Shown: positions 20,646-30,747, counted from the first letter of the stretch. The stretch is 64,000 nt of DNA from an uncultured Candidatus Saccharibacteria bacterium (GCA_964473025.1 CAYYMZ010000001.1:24163-88162); one strand, 5' to 3'. Made by a program: numbers and translations. Notes: generated by a model not told the origin, from the sequence alone.

Positions 20646-21842
20646 ATGGACATCCTGGTTATTCACGAAACGGAATACATCGAAAAAGTGGTTTTTGAAT
20701 ACCAGATTATTCCCGAACTTTGGGCGAGTTGGGGGCATAATGTCTATGCGATTGATTTTCCAACGAAGTTGGATAGAAAGAGCATATTTGATCTCGGAAC
20801 TTTCAAAACTAAAATTATCAAAAATGTCAAAAAAGCGGATAAACAAAGGGGAATCACGCTGATTAGACCGGGCTTTATTAAATTGCCGGTTCTAAGCCGG
20901 ATGACGGCATTTATTACTCATTTCTTTGCCATCAGACGGGCGATTATCGACTATAAAATCGATGTTATCTTTTTATATTCCGTCCCGACTAACGGCTTAC
21001 AGACGGTCTTTTGGGCTAAAAAGTTCAAAATTCCGGTTCACTTCCGCCTTTTAGATGTGCTGCACCGTCTTGTGCCATTTAAAATCCTGACTTGGCCAAC
21101 TTATTGCATGGAAAAGATGGTTTATAAGAGGGTTAATGGGCTAACGGCAATCACGCCGCGTCTTAGAGATTATGCCGTTGAAATGGGCGCACGAAGAGAT
21201 ACTGCAACATATCTTCCTTCGGGTTCAGATCGGGACTTGTTTTATCCTCAAACTAAAGATGTTAAATTGCTCAAAAAATATGGTTTAAAAAAAGACGACC
21301 TCGTGATTTTATTTGCCGGTACTCTTTATAATTTTTCGGGTCTTAATAAGGTTATCGAATATTTGGGGGATCATAAAAATAAATATCCTGCTTTAAAGTT
21401 TTTGATTTTAGGCCACGGCGAACAAGAAAAGAAATTAAGGAAATTAATTGCCACGAAAAATCTGCAAAAAGAAGTGATCCTAGCCGGTTTTATTGATTAT
21501 AAGATTTTGGCAAGATACATCAATCTGGCGGATATCTGCATTAACCCGTTTGAAATAAACGAAATCACTAACATCATCTTCCCGGGAAAGATATACCAGT
21601 ATCTTGCTTGCGGCAAACCGGTTATTGCCTCCCGCCTTGCGGGTTTGGTCGATCTTTTTCCCGAGAGAAAACAGAAGAATATTTTTTATTATAATGCGGA
21701 TAAAATAGGCGAATTTTTTAAACTGATTGGCACCGTCAAGAAAGTGAAAATTAAAGATCCAAATCCATCATTGCAGGAGATTGCTAAGATTTTAGAGCGG
21801 CATCTAGAGGCATTGGTTTCGGCAAAAAATACAAAGGATTAG
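20646..21842 (+). CDS. Glycosyltransferase family 4
   Basis: ADICINPF...PGKIYQYLACGKPVI. Confidence 0.88.
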   Translation: MDILVIHETEYIEKVVFEYQIIPELWASWGHNVYAIDFPTKLDRKSIFDLGTFKTKIIKNVKKADKQRGITLIRPGFIKLPVLSRMTAFITHFFAIRRAIIDYKIDVIFLYSVPTNGLQTVFWAKKFKIPVHFRLLDVLHRLVPFKILTWPTYCMEKMVYKRVNGLTAITPRLRDYAVEMGARRDTATYLPSGSDRDLFYPQTKDVKLLKKYGLKKDDLVILFAGTLYNFSGLNKVIEYLGDHKNKYPALKFLILGHGEQEKKLRKLIATKNLQKEVILAGFIDYKILARYINLADICINPFEINEITNIIFPGKIYQYLACGKPVIASRLAGLVDLFPERKQKNIFYYNADKIGEFFKLIGTVKKVKIKDPNPSLQEIAKILERHLEALVSAKNTKD

Positions 21843-22204
21843 CGTTTTTTTGGATTACTTTTTTTTTTCTTCCGTTGGAGCTCGTGCAAGGTGAAATTTC
21901 TTGAAAGCAGATCAAGATTTTTCTCGATTCGATTGGCCTTGATATAAATTCTGTAGCAGATAAAAAGAACAAAGACCAAGCCCATGCCGAAAATCGTGCC
22001 GAGACCTGTGCGGCTGCCCCCAACCACTGCAATCAGTTTGTCGATTAAATTAGGATAATAAGCAAAAACAATAATTGCCGTCCAAATAATCAGCCAAAAG
22101 GCCGTCATTTCAATCGACTCTTTTTTGTTTCTGTAATCCGTAATCGATCTGGCAATGACCAGAACTGACAGTAGGATAGCGAAAATTTTTGCAAATATTA
22201 ACAT
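21839..22204 (-). CDS. DUF2304-family membrane protein
   Basis: Three TM helices, coupled downstream of a DPM1-like GT2 (typical pairing). Confidence 0.75.
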   Translation of the reverse strand: MLIFAKIFAILLSVLVIARSITDYRNKKESIEMTAFWLIIWTAIIVFAYYPNLIDKLIAVVGGSRTGLGTIFGMGLVFVLFICYRIYIKANRIEKNLDLLSRNFTLHELQRKKKKSNPKKR

Positions 22205-22206
22205 TT

Positions 22207-22890
22207 TTAACCGGCTATTCTTTTGAAAATTAATTTGATGACGATATTCACCCCATTGAAAACAGATTGGCCTTTCCGCCGTGAATAGCGGGTATATCTG
22301 ACTTTAATCGGAATTTCACCTATTTTCAACCTTTTGCGAGTTGCCTCCAGAATTATTTCCGAGCAAAATTCATATCCGGCGGTGTCCAAATCCATTTTTT
22401 TTAAAGCACGAGCAGAAAATGCCTTAAAGCCCGATTGCGAATCGCTTGTCCACTTGCCTGATAATAGATAGGTTATGATGTTTAGTCCCCAGTTGCCGAC
22501 TTTTTTGTGTTGCGGCATTCCCTCGGGGTTGACCAATCTGGTACCAATCACCAGATCTAACCGCTTTCCCAAAACCGGTTTTGTGATTTTGGCAATGTCC
22601 GAAGGATCGTGCTGACCGTCACCGTCAAAAGTAACGGCGATGTCAGCATCTATTCTTCTGGCGGCTTCAAGCCCCGTGGCAGTAGCACATCCAACACCGA
22701 GATTGGTGTGGTGGCTGACTAAAATTGCCTGAGTATGTTCTATTTGCCCGGCCGAGTTATCCGTCGAACCATCATCAACGGCCAGAATAGTAATTTTACT
22801 TATCCCGGATAGCTTTGAGGGCAAGGATTTAATGACACTTTTAATAACTGGTCCCTCATTGTAAACAGGAATGACAATCGCTAAATGCAT
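22207..22890 (-). CDS. Glycosyltransferase family 2 (polyprenol-phosphate glycosyltransferase-like)
   Basis: IPVYNE, VDDGSTD, FDGDGQH, DSQSGFKAF. Confidence 0.9.
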   Translation of the reverse strand: MHLAIVIPVYNEGPVIKSVIKSLPSKLSGISKITILAVDDGSTDNSAGQIEHTQAILVSHHTNLGVGCATATGLEAARRIDADIAVTFDGDGQHDPSDIAKITKPVLGKRLDLVIGTRLVNPEGMPQHKKVGNWGLNIITYLLSGKWTSDSQSGFKAFSARALKKMDLDTAGYEFCSEIILEATRKRLKIGEIPIKVRYTRYSRRKGQSVFNGVNIVIKLIFKRIAG

Positions 22891-22892
22891 TT

Positions 22893-23810
22893 TTATTTTT
22901 CTTTAAACCACTCGATCGTTTTTTGCAACCCATCCTTAAGCGTAACCTTTGGCTCCCAGCCCAAACTTTCTTTGATTTTGCTCGCGTCAAGGGAGCTGTG
23001 CTCTTGCTCCTTGGCCTTGTAATCAATGTGCACAATTTCGCTTTTCGAACCCGATAATTCTTGGAGTATTTTTACGATTTCATTGACCGATGTCTCGCAT
23101 CCGGTCCCAATGTTAAATGTATCGCAGACATCAGAATCCATTGCCATTAAATTTGCGGCCACAACGTCGGTGACGTAAACGAAATCTCTTGTGTGGGTGC
23201 CATCCCCGAAAACATCGAGTCGTTCGTCTCGTATCATACAGTCGGTAAAAATGGCGACGATTCCAGCTTCTCCTTTGGGGTTCTGGCGTGGGCCAAAGAC
23301 GTTTGCATAGCGCAAGATAACACTTTGGAGACCCTCTCCTGAAAAATACTTAATAAATTTTTCGGCAAACATTTTGTCGATTCCATACGGGGAAACAGGA
23401 TCGGCTTCGGCCATCTCCGTTGTCGGCCGCTCTGCTTTATCTCCATAAATTGCCCCTCCCGTTGAGGAGAAGATAAACTTTTTGACTTTGTATTTTTTTG
23501 CTGCCATCAAAAGGTTTACCGTCCCGATAACATTAGTTTCGATGTCAAACGCGGGGTCTTTTGCTGAAACAATCACGCTTGCCTGCGCCGCAAGGTGAAA
23601 AATAACTTCCGGTTTGGTTTCACTAAATATTTTACCTAACTTGTTCGCGTTGGTAATATCCTCCTCAAAAAACTTTGCTTGTTCGTTAACATTGTCGCGG
23701 TTTCCGGTTGACAGATTATCAACAACGCTAACCTCATGATTTTTTTCAATCAAAGCATCAACCAAATTTGAACCAATAAAGCCCGCACCACCAGAAACTA
23801 AAATTTTCAT
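22893..23810 (-). CDS. UDP-glucose 4-epimerase-like SDR
   Basis: GGAGFIGS, SSTGGAIYG, YGIDK, RYANVFGPRQ; start placed at MKIL. Confidence 0.88.
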   Translation of the reverse strand: MKILVSGGAGFIGSNLVDALIEKNHEVSVVDNLSTGNRDNVNEQAKFFEEDITNANKLGKIFSETKPEVIFHLAAQASVIVSAKDPAFDIETNVIGTVNLLMAAKKYKVKKFIFSSTGGAIYGDKAERPTTEMAEADPVSPYGIDKMFAEKFIKYFSGEGLQSVILRYANVFGPRQNPKGEAGIVAIFTDCMIRDERLDVFGDGTHTRDFVYVTDVVAANLMAMDSDVCDTFNIGTGCETSVNEIVKILQELSGSKSEIVHIDYKAKEQEHSSLDASKIKESLGWEPKVTLKDGLQKTIEWFKEK

Positions 23811-23895
23811 AAACATCCCTTTCTTTTGCAACCTCATTTAAACAAAAAAAGGGCTCACTTGAAAGCCCATCTGCGCCGGGTGCTATAAATCTTTC

Positions 23896-24507
23896 TTATA
23901 GTCTAAACAAACGCATCAATTTATCGGACAAAAGTTCTCCCACCTCGGTTTTCTCGGGTAAATGATGCAAAAGTAATATGCGAACTTCGTTGGTGACTTG
24001 CCTCGAGAGGGGAATAACTACAGGCGCTTTAAACGGACTTAACGGCTCGATATATAAAATCGGCTTTGTTTCATGCTTGGTTATCCAAAATGACCTAAGT
24101 TCCAGATATGAAATATATTGATTGCGCTCCAAAATTCCGCCTTCATCAACAGCAAACTCCTGGGGTTTTGGTTTGTCATGAGCAAGCTGGAAGGTAACGA
24201 TAACCGCCAAAATAATGATTATGACGGGGAAGTAATTGTTCGTGTAAATTAAAATAAGTGAAAAAACGATTGCTAGAACGCCAACCGCCAGTGACCAGTA
24301 GGGACTTCTTTCGAAAGTATAATAATCCGGCGCACTCCAGCGCAAAATAACCGAGTCAAGAACTTCCTTAGCTTTCGTTTTGGAAGATGCGACTTTAAGC
24401 GGTTGTGCCTTAACGGGCTTTTTCTTCTCTTCCTTTTTCGCCTTTAAAACCGGTTTAGCTTTCTTCGGCACCGCTTTTTTTACCTTTTTTTTCGCTTTCT
24501 CTGCCAT
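23896..24507 (-). CDS. Conserved CPR-type membrane protein
   Basis: Lys-rich N-terminus, WSAPDY, two TM helices, soluble C-terminus. Confidence 0.65.
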   Translation of the reverse strand: MAEKAKKKVKKAVPKKAKPVLKAKKEEKKKPVKAQPLKVASSKTKAKEVLDSVILRWSAPDYYTFERSPYWSLAVGVLAIVFSLILIYTNNYFPVIIIILAVIVTFQLAHDKPKPQEFAVDEGGILERNQYISYLELRSFWITKHETKPILYIEPLSPFKAPVVIPLSRQVTNEVRILLLHHLPEKTEVGELLSDKLMRLFRL

Positions 24508-24627
24508 AAATTAATTATAGCAGAATTTGAATTATGAATTTAGAACTATGAATAAAGGATAAATCAGAAAAATTTGAGTTTCATGAATTTAAACCATAAT
24601 TCATGCTTCGTTATCCATGATTCAGGC

Positions 24628-24657
24628 TTAAGGGCGAAGCCTCTTGACATCTCTCGG
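24628..24657 (-). repeat. Diverged duplicate of the last 10 codons of aspS
   Basis: Encodes PRDVKRLRP-stop, identical to the aspS C-terminus at 24700-24729; 8 nucleotide differences, all synonymous. Confidence 0.85.
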
Positions 24658-24699
24658 CGCCGAAAGAGTGGAGCTTTCGGCTATACCTTGTGCAATTCG

Positions 24700-25983
24700 T
24701 CAAGGGCGCAAGCGCTTGACGTCCCTTGGAAACAAAACCGCTTCTTTAACACTATCTAAATTAAGTAAATGTTGAATTAATCTTTCCGATCCTATTGCCC
24801 AACCGCCGTGCGGCGGCATCGCGTATTTAAAGACGTCAAGATAAAACTCCATTCCTTCCGGCTTGACGCCCTTTTTCTTCATATTCTCAAGCAATTTTTT
24901 ATAATCGTGAATTCTCTGCGAACCGGTGACAAGTTCGACACCCCTGAATAAAAGATCAAAACCATAAGTTGCGTCCGCATCATCCGGGTCTGGCATCGTG
25001 TAAAAAGGTCGCTCCTTCCAAGGATAATGGGTTGTAAAAATAAAGTCGGAACCAAATTCTTCCTTGGCATATCTGCAAATTAACCTTTCGCCTTCAGGGT
25101 CAATGTCCGTTCCGGCGGGCACTTCATAACCGTATTTTTCTTTGATGATTTTTTTGGCATCAGCAAGTTTAACGTGAGGAATTTCAGCGGGTACTTCCGG
25201 AACTTTTGCCTCCCACATTTCAAGATAGGGTTTGCCCTTTTCGCCGATCATTTTAAATACTTTAACCAAAACCTTATTTAACATCGCCGTGACCGAGCGG
25301 TAATCTTCGATAAAGCCCATTTCTGCGTCAAGCGAAATATATTCATTAACATGGCGGGTGGTGAAGTGGGGCTCGGCGCGGAAAACAGGGCCAATCTCAA
25401 AAACCCGTTCAAAAACGCCAACCATGATTTGCTTATAAAACTGGGGTGATTGAGCTAGGAAGGCCTCTTTTTCAAAATAATCAATCTTAAAAAAGTTTGC
25501 TCCGCCTTCCGATGCCGCTTCGAGAATTTTCGGAGTTTTAATCTCGGTAAATCCTTCATCGCGCATCACTGTTTCGTAGGACTCAAGCAAAATGTCGTAG
25601 AGTTTAAAAATTGCCTGAACCTTCGAGTGACGAAGCGAGATTGTACGCAGATCTAAAAGTGTTGCAAGCTGGAGTTTCAGTTGCGGATTGGCGATATCAA
25701 ACGGCAGATCTTCGAGGTTTGCGGAGACAACCTTCAAGCTTTTTCCCTGAATCTCAAATCCGCCCTTGGCACGCTTTTCTTCTTTAACCAATCCTTCGAC
25801 TTCAACCGCATCACCTGTTTTAGCGCCTGGATCCTTCTCAAAAACACATTGGATTGTGCCAGAATAATCCTGCAAGACGATGAATGTTACGTTGCCTAAA
25901 GCACGGACGTTTTGTACACGGCCTTGTAGCGTTACTTCTTTGCCAGAGCTTTCCTTCAGATCCTTAACTAATGTTCTTTCCAT
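24700..25983 (-). CDS. aspS: Aspartyl-tRNA synthetase, archaeal-type (probably non-discriminating)
   Basis: LAQSPQFYKQ, FRAE, GSQRIH, PPHGG, FPRD; 427 aa with no GAD insertion. Confidence 0.92.
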   Translation of the reverse strand: MERTLVKDLKESSGKEVTLQGRVQNVRALGNVTFIVLQDYSGTIQCVFEKDPGAKTGDAVEVEGLVKEEKRAKGGFEIQGKSLKVVSANLEDLPFDIANPQLKLQLATLLDLRTISLRHSKVQAIFKLYDILLESYETVMRDEGFTEIKTPKILEAASEGGANFFKIDYFEKEAFLAQSPQFYKQIMVGVFERVFEIGPVFRAEPHFTTRHVNEYISLDAEMGFIEDYRSVTAMLNKVLVKVFKMIGEKGKPYLEMWEAKVPEVPAEIPHVKLADAKKIIKEKYGYEVPAGTDIDPEGERLICRYAKEEFGSDFIFTTHYPWKERPFYTMPDPDDADATYGFDLLFRGVELVTGSQRIHDYKKLLENMKKKGVKPEGMEFYLDVFKYAMPPHGGWAIGSERLIQHLLNLDSVKEAVLFPRDVKRLRP

Positions 25984-26049
25984 AATTTTAAAATTATTTG
26001 ACTTAAGTCAAATTGTATCTCATTTAGAGTAAATCGCAAGGTAAATTTA

Positions 26050-26700
26050 CTACTTAATCAGAAAACTTAGACCTTTGACGGCGAAGTAAATCCCGAAAAC
26101 CATAAATAGAACGAAAATTATGAAATCGCCATAATTAGCCAGGAAGCGGTTAATTTTTGCCAAGATGCGGTCCGCTAATTTTGGAATAATTGTCACGATA
26201 AAAATGGGCAAAGTAACCGGCAGGGTAAAGAAAAAAACGTTGATGATCAGAAAAATAAGTTTGCCCCAACTTCCAAACCCCGATGCGCCCACTTCTTTAG
26301 CGGAAGCGAAAATCAGGAAAAACGAATCGTTGGCAATGCTTATCAGCACTCCGGCAAAAAACCATTTCAGCAAGCTTCCGCCACGGTTCTTGTGCTCTGT
26401 CTTTGCGGGTTTACTGACAAGCAATTTTTTAAATCCGTAAATTATAAATAAAACACCCAGTACCAAATCGACAACCGAGGTAATAAGAGCGTGTTTGGGG
26501 GTCGTGGCGGGAATGTTGCCAATATAAAATCCGGCGATTGTGATCCCTGTCCCAACCAATAATGCTCCAAGCAGAACAGCCAGGGCGCTTGCTTTCGACC
26601 GATCTTTTTTGCTCAACAGATAAATTACTAGACCAAATAGAACTGGGCTAATCGTCGCTGTCAAATCAAGCGGTATGACCTTAGCTAACGTTGCAAACAT
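26050..26700 (-). CDS. GAP/Sap-family (LysE-like) membrane protein
   Basis: Six TM helices; ATISP motif near the N-terminus. Confidence 0.6.
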   Translation of the reverse strand: MFATLAKVIPLDLTATISPVLFGLVIYLLSKKDRSKASALAVLLGALLVGTGITIAGFYIGNIPATTPKHALITSVVDLVLGVLFIIYGFKKLLVSKPAKTEHKNRGGSLLKWFFAGVLISIANDSFFLIFASAKEVGASGFGSWGKLIFLIINVFFFTLPVTLPIFIVTIIPKLADRILAKINRFLANYGDFIIFVLFMVFGIYFAVKGLSFLIK

Positions 26701-26766
26701 GAATTCCCCTCTAGTTTAGTTTACCAAAAAAACTGCTAGATGGACTTGAAACTCTTTATTTTTCGA

Positions 26767-27372
26767 TTATTTTATAATTTCAAAATTTTTTCTATCTGCA
26801 ATGACGAATTGCTCGTCAGTTAAAGTTATAACAGGATATCGGGTTGTTTTTCTGCCTTCCTCGACAGTCTCTTTGAACTCATCCGTATAATGGCAGACGA
26901 CGATAAAATTAACCAAATTCAATGCTGATAAATCTTTAAGGTGGACGGAGTTTCTATCGGCATGCTTCCAGCCAGCCGCTTCGATGGTGGGGCAGGCGAG
27001 ATAGCTTCCCGCACTTGAACCGATATAGGCCGTTCCGGCTTTGACCATTTCTCTAGCAACTTTGTCGAATCCGCTCTTTTTCGCTTCGTTTAACAGGTGA
27101 AAAGTATTTCCCCCAGCTACAAACAAAACATCAAAATCCGCGAGTGATTCTCTGGTTCGCTCTTCGGTTTTGTTTTTTAGGTCAAAATCCTCAACTTTGA
27201 ATCCCAAATCAACCAGCATTTTCCGGTCCGCGTCCATCCACGGCTTATTATCGCCATACGGATCGCCCGCCGTTGGAATAAATGCAAGTTTCAACTCTTT
27301 CGGCGGTTTCGGCAACATCTTCGCGATTTTGCCCATAACTCTTGATGCTTGTGATGTCAAAAATACCTTCAT
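26767..27372 (-). CDS. Peptidase E (S51) family
   Basis: FIPTA, VAGGNTF, GSSAGS, CHY. Confidence 0.88.
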   Translation of the reverse strand: MKVFLTSQASRVMGKIAKMLPKPPKELKLAFIPTAGDPYGDNKPWMDADRKMLVDLGFKVEDFDLKNKTEERTRESLADFDVLFVAGGNTFHLLNEAKKSGFDKVAREMVKAGTAYIGSSAGSYLACPTIEAAGWKHADRNSVHLKDLSALNLVNFIVVCHYTDEFKETVEEGRKTTRYPVITLTDEQFVIADRKNFEIIK

Positions 27373-28079
27373 TTTTTCCCCGTTGTTATTTTTCGCGTAG
27401 TTTCTCTGTAGGCAATTTTCGGCAATGAATCCTGATTTTTTTCAAGAAACGCTAGCGTTTCTTTTCCATTTTTGACAGCCAGCGATCGCAAAATCCAGGA
27501 AATCGCTTTGGTGATCAAAACATCTTTCTCGCCTTTGAGCTTCTCGATCGTTTCGTAAGCTAATTTTCGAAGTTTCGGGTCGCCCGAACCTCTTACCGAT
27601 TTGCACTGCAAAACTAAACTGGCACGTCTAATCTGGATATTCTTATCTTTGGCAAATTTATTGATTGTTTTTTCCCATTCCTTCCATCGGAAGAGAACTT
27701 CTTTTTCACTAAATAACGACTGGCAAATGCAGTCGCACTCCGCCCAGCCGTTGGTCGTCCTTAACCATTTTTTTAAATGCCCAAAATCGAGCGATCGGCG
27801 CACCTCGGGAAGCTTGGTCAGCATTTTCCCCGCAAAATTAAAATCTTCAAACGTGTCACTAGAAAAAAGATCATCCAAAACTCCTACCTGCTGCTCTGGT
27901 GAAAGTACTTTCATTTGCCCCAAATACTCACGGATAACTTTATCGCGCTGAGCGGAATAGATATTCAGCAATTTTCTTTTTGTGCCCAAATACCTCCCAA
28001 CAAAATCAAGTTCTTTCTGCGAACATTTTTTTCTCGCAGATTTCAATGATTTTCTAATTTTCTCGGCAATATTGTTCAC
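27369..28079 (-). CDS. DNA alkylation repair protein (AlkD-like HEAT repeat)
   Basis: WAECD, IRRASLV, ITKAISWILR. Confidence 0.8.
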   Translation of the reverse strand: MNNIAEKIRKSLKSARKKCSQKELDFVGRYLGTKRKLLNIYSAQRDKVIREYLGQMKVLSPEQQVGVLDDLFSSDTFEDFNFAGKMLTKLPEVRRSLDFGHLKKWLRTTNGWAECDCICQSLFSEKEVLFRWKEWEKTINKFAKDKNIQIRRASLVLQCKSVRGSGDPKLRKLAYETIEKLKGEKDVLITKAISWILRSLAVKNGKETLAFLEKNQDSLPKIAYRETTRKITTGKK

Positions 28080-28507
28080 TTGCTAGATATTTTTTTGGCA
28101 TATTTTTGAAGGAAATCCACCAATCCGGCAATAACAGCATCTCGCAGGTCAGGATCGCTTGACGCTACCCAAACAGCCAGATTGTAGAGCTTCTGCGGGG
28201 GAATATCCATCCAGTGTCCGTTTAACATCAGAAACACCAGCAATGTTGTAACGGCTATCCGTTTGTTTCCGTTTTGGAATGGATGGTTTTTGATTAACAG
28301 ATAAAATAATATTGCTGACTTATTGGCGAGTGTCGGATAGAGATCTTTTCTGCCGTAGGTCTGAAAAGGAGTGGCAAGGCAGCTTTCCAAAACGCGCGGA
28401 AACCTCGTCCTAAAAGCCGGAATCGGTTCGTCCCAGCTCATCGTTGCAACAGCGAGTTGATGGGCGATTTTTTCAATATGGTTTAATCCGATTCTTTTGG
28501 TGTGCAT
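28076..28507 (-). CDS. Fic/Doc-family toxin
   Basis: HPFQNGNKR motif; 143 aa. Confidence 0.88.
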   Translation of the reverse strand: MHTKRIGLNHIEKIAHQLAVATMSWDEPIPAFRTRFPRVLESCLATPFQTYGRKDLYPTLANKSAILFYLLIKNHPFQNGNKRIAVTTLLVFLMLNGHWMDIPPQKLYNLAVWVASSDPDLRDAVIAGLVDFLQKYAKKISSK

Positions 28508-28761
28508 TATTCCGCTCCGAGTTTTTTAATCACATCACCGTATTGGCGGACAATTTTTTTAACCGCTTTTTCTATTTCTTTTTGGTCCTTAGCAGTCATT
28601 TCCCCCATGATTGAGTCAACATATTCCTTGGGAATCAAATATTCATGCCCAACTCTTTGATGGGGAATCAGGTTCGCCTTGACCTGGCGAAACACTTGCA
28701 TTCTACTTAGACCGATTTTTTTTGCCAGTTCTGGAATTGTGACAAATTCTTTTTGTATCAT
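28507..28761 (-). CDS. HTH (excisionase-like) protein, putative antitoxin
   Basis: TIPELAKKIGLSRMQVFRQVK HTH; translationally coupled to the Doc gene. Confidence 0.75.
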   Translation of the reverse strand: MIQKEFVTIPELAKKIGLSRMQVFRQVKANLIPHQRVGHEYLIPKEYVDSIMGEMTAKDQKEIEKAVKKIVRQYGDVIKKLGAE

Positions 28762-28773
28762 GATGCTAATACT

Positions 28774-28812
28774 ATGCTACATATGTAACATAATGTCAAT
28801 GGTATGTTACAT
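28774..28812 (-). promoter_or_regulatory. Promoter/operator of the HTH-Doc operon
   Basis: 10-bp inverted repeat ATGTAACATA/TATGTTACAT enclosing TTGACA (minus, 28794-28799); third half-site at 28774-28782. Confidence 0.65.
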
Positions 28813-28912
28813 CTATTTTAAAATATACTCCCAGACCGGCTTGCTAATAGATATTTTGAACAAAATAAGCGATCTTAACTGACATAAAAACCCGATATTT
28901 CTGTTTTAAATC

Positions 28913-29188
28913 CTAGCTAACCTTCAGAACTTTGCCATCAAACGCCACTTCCACAGCTTGGCCATTCTCGAGCTCCAAGGCATCTCGCAGGGCTTTCGTC
29001 ATACCGATAAACTTATCGCTTCTACCCTTGATTAAATTGGCAGCGCTTTTGTTAACCTTGATTTTGCCTCCGCTTACTTTTAGTGCCTTCTGATTTTTCG
29101 GGCTGATCGCACACAGCGGATTTTCCTTTACATCCTCATATTTTTTGAGAGTTTCTTTCCTGAACCCTCGAACCTTTAGCTTAATCAT
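28913..29188 (-). CDS. Small basic protein, possible stand-alone double-psi beta-barrel
   Basis: SD AGGAG; 91 aa with two related halves (AISPKNQKALKV / GMTKALRDALEL..GQAVEV). Confidence 0.6.
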   Translation of the reverse strand: MIKLKVRGFRKETLKKYEDVKENPLCAISPKNQKALKVSGGKIKVNKSAANLIKGRSDKFIGMTKALRDALELENGQAVEVAFDGKVLKVS

Positions 29189-29221
29189 ATTGTCTCCTCG
29201 CCATATTATTATTAAAAAATC

Positions 29222-29351
29222 TGTGGTTGGGATTCGGTCACCTGTTCTTGCCTGCTGGCAAGCCAGTCGACCCCATCTCGCCCAGCCAAGCTGGGCTGCG
29301 GCCTTCGAATCCGTCCACGCCAGTGCCCAGGCATCAAGGCAAGCTTGATGC
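29222..29351. repeat. Multi-hairpin palindromic element downstream of tRNA-Ser(GCT)
   Basis: Stems CTTGCC/GGCAAG, GCCCAGC/GCTGGGC, GCATCAAG/CTTGATGC, enclosing GGATTCG/CGAATCC. Confidence 0.6.
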
Positions 29352-29357
29352 ATGCGC

Positions 29358-29449
<92 letters not shown>

Positions 29450-29555
29450 ACGATTTACAAAAACAACCTGATTTTAAACCTTCTGCGGACCTCCACTTCT
29501 GTAAACTATATCAAAATATGCGGCAACTTCAATAAATAAAACCTTCTAGTACAAT

Positions 29556-30707
29556 ATGGTTATGTCACGAAATCAAATCGCCCTTATTATTTTCTTCTTT
29601 TCACTTTTGGTTTTTATTTTATTTGCCCAGAAAACTTATCAGTATATGAGCTATTTCGTGCCTTTGGCTGATGCGATTTTGCACGGACGCATCGATGTTA
29701 GCCAAACAGGAGCGATGAATGAACTTGTGCCTTACGCCGGTAAATGGTTTGTGGTTTATCCGCCGATGCCGGCCATCGCCGTTTTACCGTTCGTTTTAAT
29801 CTGGGGGATAGGGTTTAACCAAGTAATTGCCTCGGTTGTATTTGCCGCTGCCGCCGTTGCCCTATTTTTTATCCTCACCACTAAATTCACCAAAAAATTA
29901 TGGGTTAGCTTGGCACTAACGGCGCTTTTGGCGTTTGGCACGAACTTTTTTTACACTTCGCTGATCGGCTCCTCTTGGTATATTGCCCATATTTTAGCGG
30001 TTTTCTTTTTAATTTGCGCCCTCCTTATGTCAATTAACAAAAAGCCGTTTTTGGGGGGTTTATTTTTATCTTTTGCTTTCCTGTCGCGCCTGCCAACAGC
30101 TCTGGCTTTCCCGATTCTGCTCTATTTTTTGCTTTCGAAGAGCAAAACCCGCTTCAAAATACTCTTTTGGTTCGCTCTGCCGATCGTCTCTGCTATAATT
30201 ATATTTGCACTATATAACGCACTGCGCTTCGGATCGATAACCCAGACCGGCTATTCGCTAATACTAGGGGTTTTACAAGAGCCGTGGTATCAAGAGGGGA
30301 TTTTTAATCTAAACTACATTCCGCGCCAACTGAATGCTCTGTTTTTGGTTTTACCTAAAATCACCAATAGCTTCCCTTACTTCCTACCATCTAGTGTTGG
30401 TATGGCATTATGGATAACAACGCCCGCTTTGTTGTTGCTGTTTTTGATTAAATTTAAAGATAAGGCCGTCGGGTGGTTCTTGCTGACCGCATTGCTCGTG
30501 GCAATTCCCAGTTTGATTCACGGCACGGTCGGATTTACCCAGTTCGGCTATCGTTTTTCTCTTGATTACATCCTGTTTTTACTGATTCCGCTCATTTTTG
30601 TGTTTGAGCGGATAGGCAAGTGGTGGACTTGGATTTTTGTCTCTTTAAGCATCGCTATCAATCTCTGGGTTGTAATTTTATTTTACTTGCACATTTTTTC
30701 AACGTAA
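29556..30707 (+). CDS. Multi-pass membrane protein, probable GT-C glycosyltransferase
   Basis: YPPMPA, LSRLP, QFGYRFSLDY; ~10 TM helices. Confidence 0.6.
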   Translation: MVMSRNQIALIIFFFSLLVFILFAQKTYQYMSYFVPLADAILHGRIDVSQTGAMNELVPYAGKWFVVYPPMPAIAVLPFVLIWGIGFNQVIASVVFAAAAVALFFILTTKFTKKLWVSLALTALLAFGTNFFYTSLIGSSWYIAHILAVFFLICALLMSINKKPFLGGLFLSFAFLSRLPTALAFPILLYFLLSKSKTRFKILFWFALPIVSAIIIFALYNALRFGSITQTGYSLILGVLQEPWYQEGIFNLNYIPRQLNALFLVLPKITNSFPYFLPSSVGMALWITTPALLLLFLIKFKDKAVGWFLLTALLVAIPSLIHGTVGFTQFGYRFSLDYILFLLIPLIFVFERIGKWWTWIFVSLSIAINLWVVILFYLHIFST

Positions 30708-30747
30708 GATTGAATTTAGGGTGGTTTTAGAGTAGGATTATGGTCTT

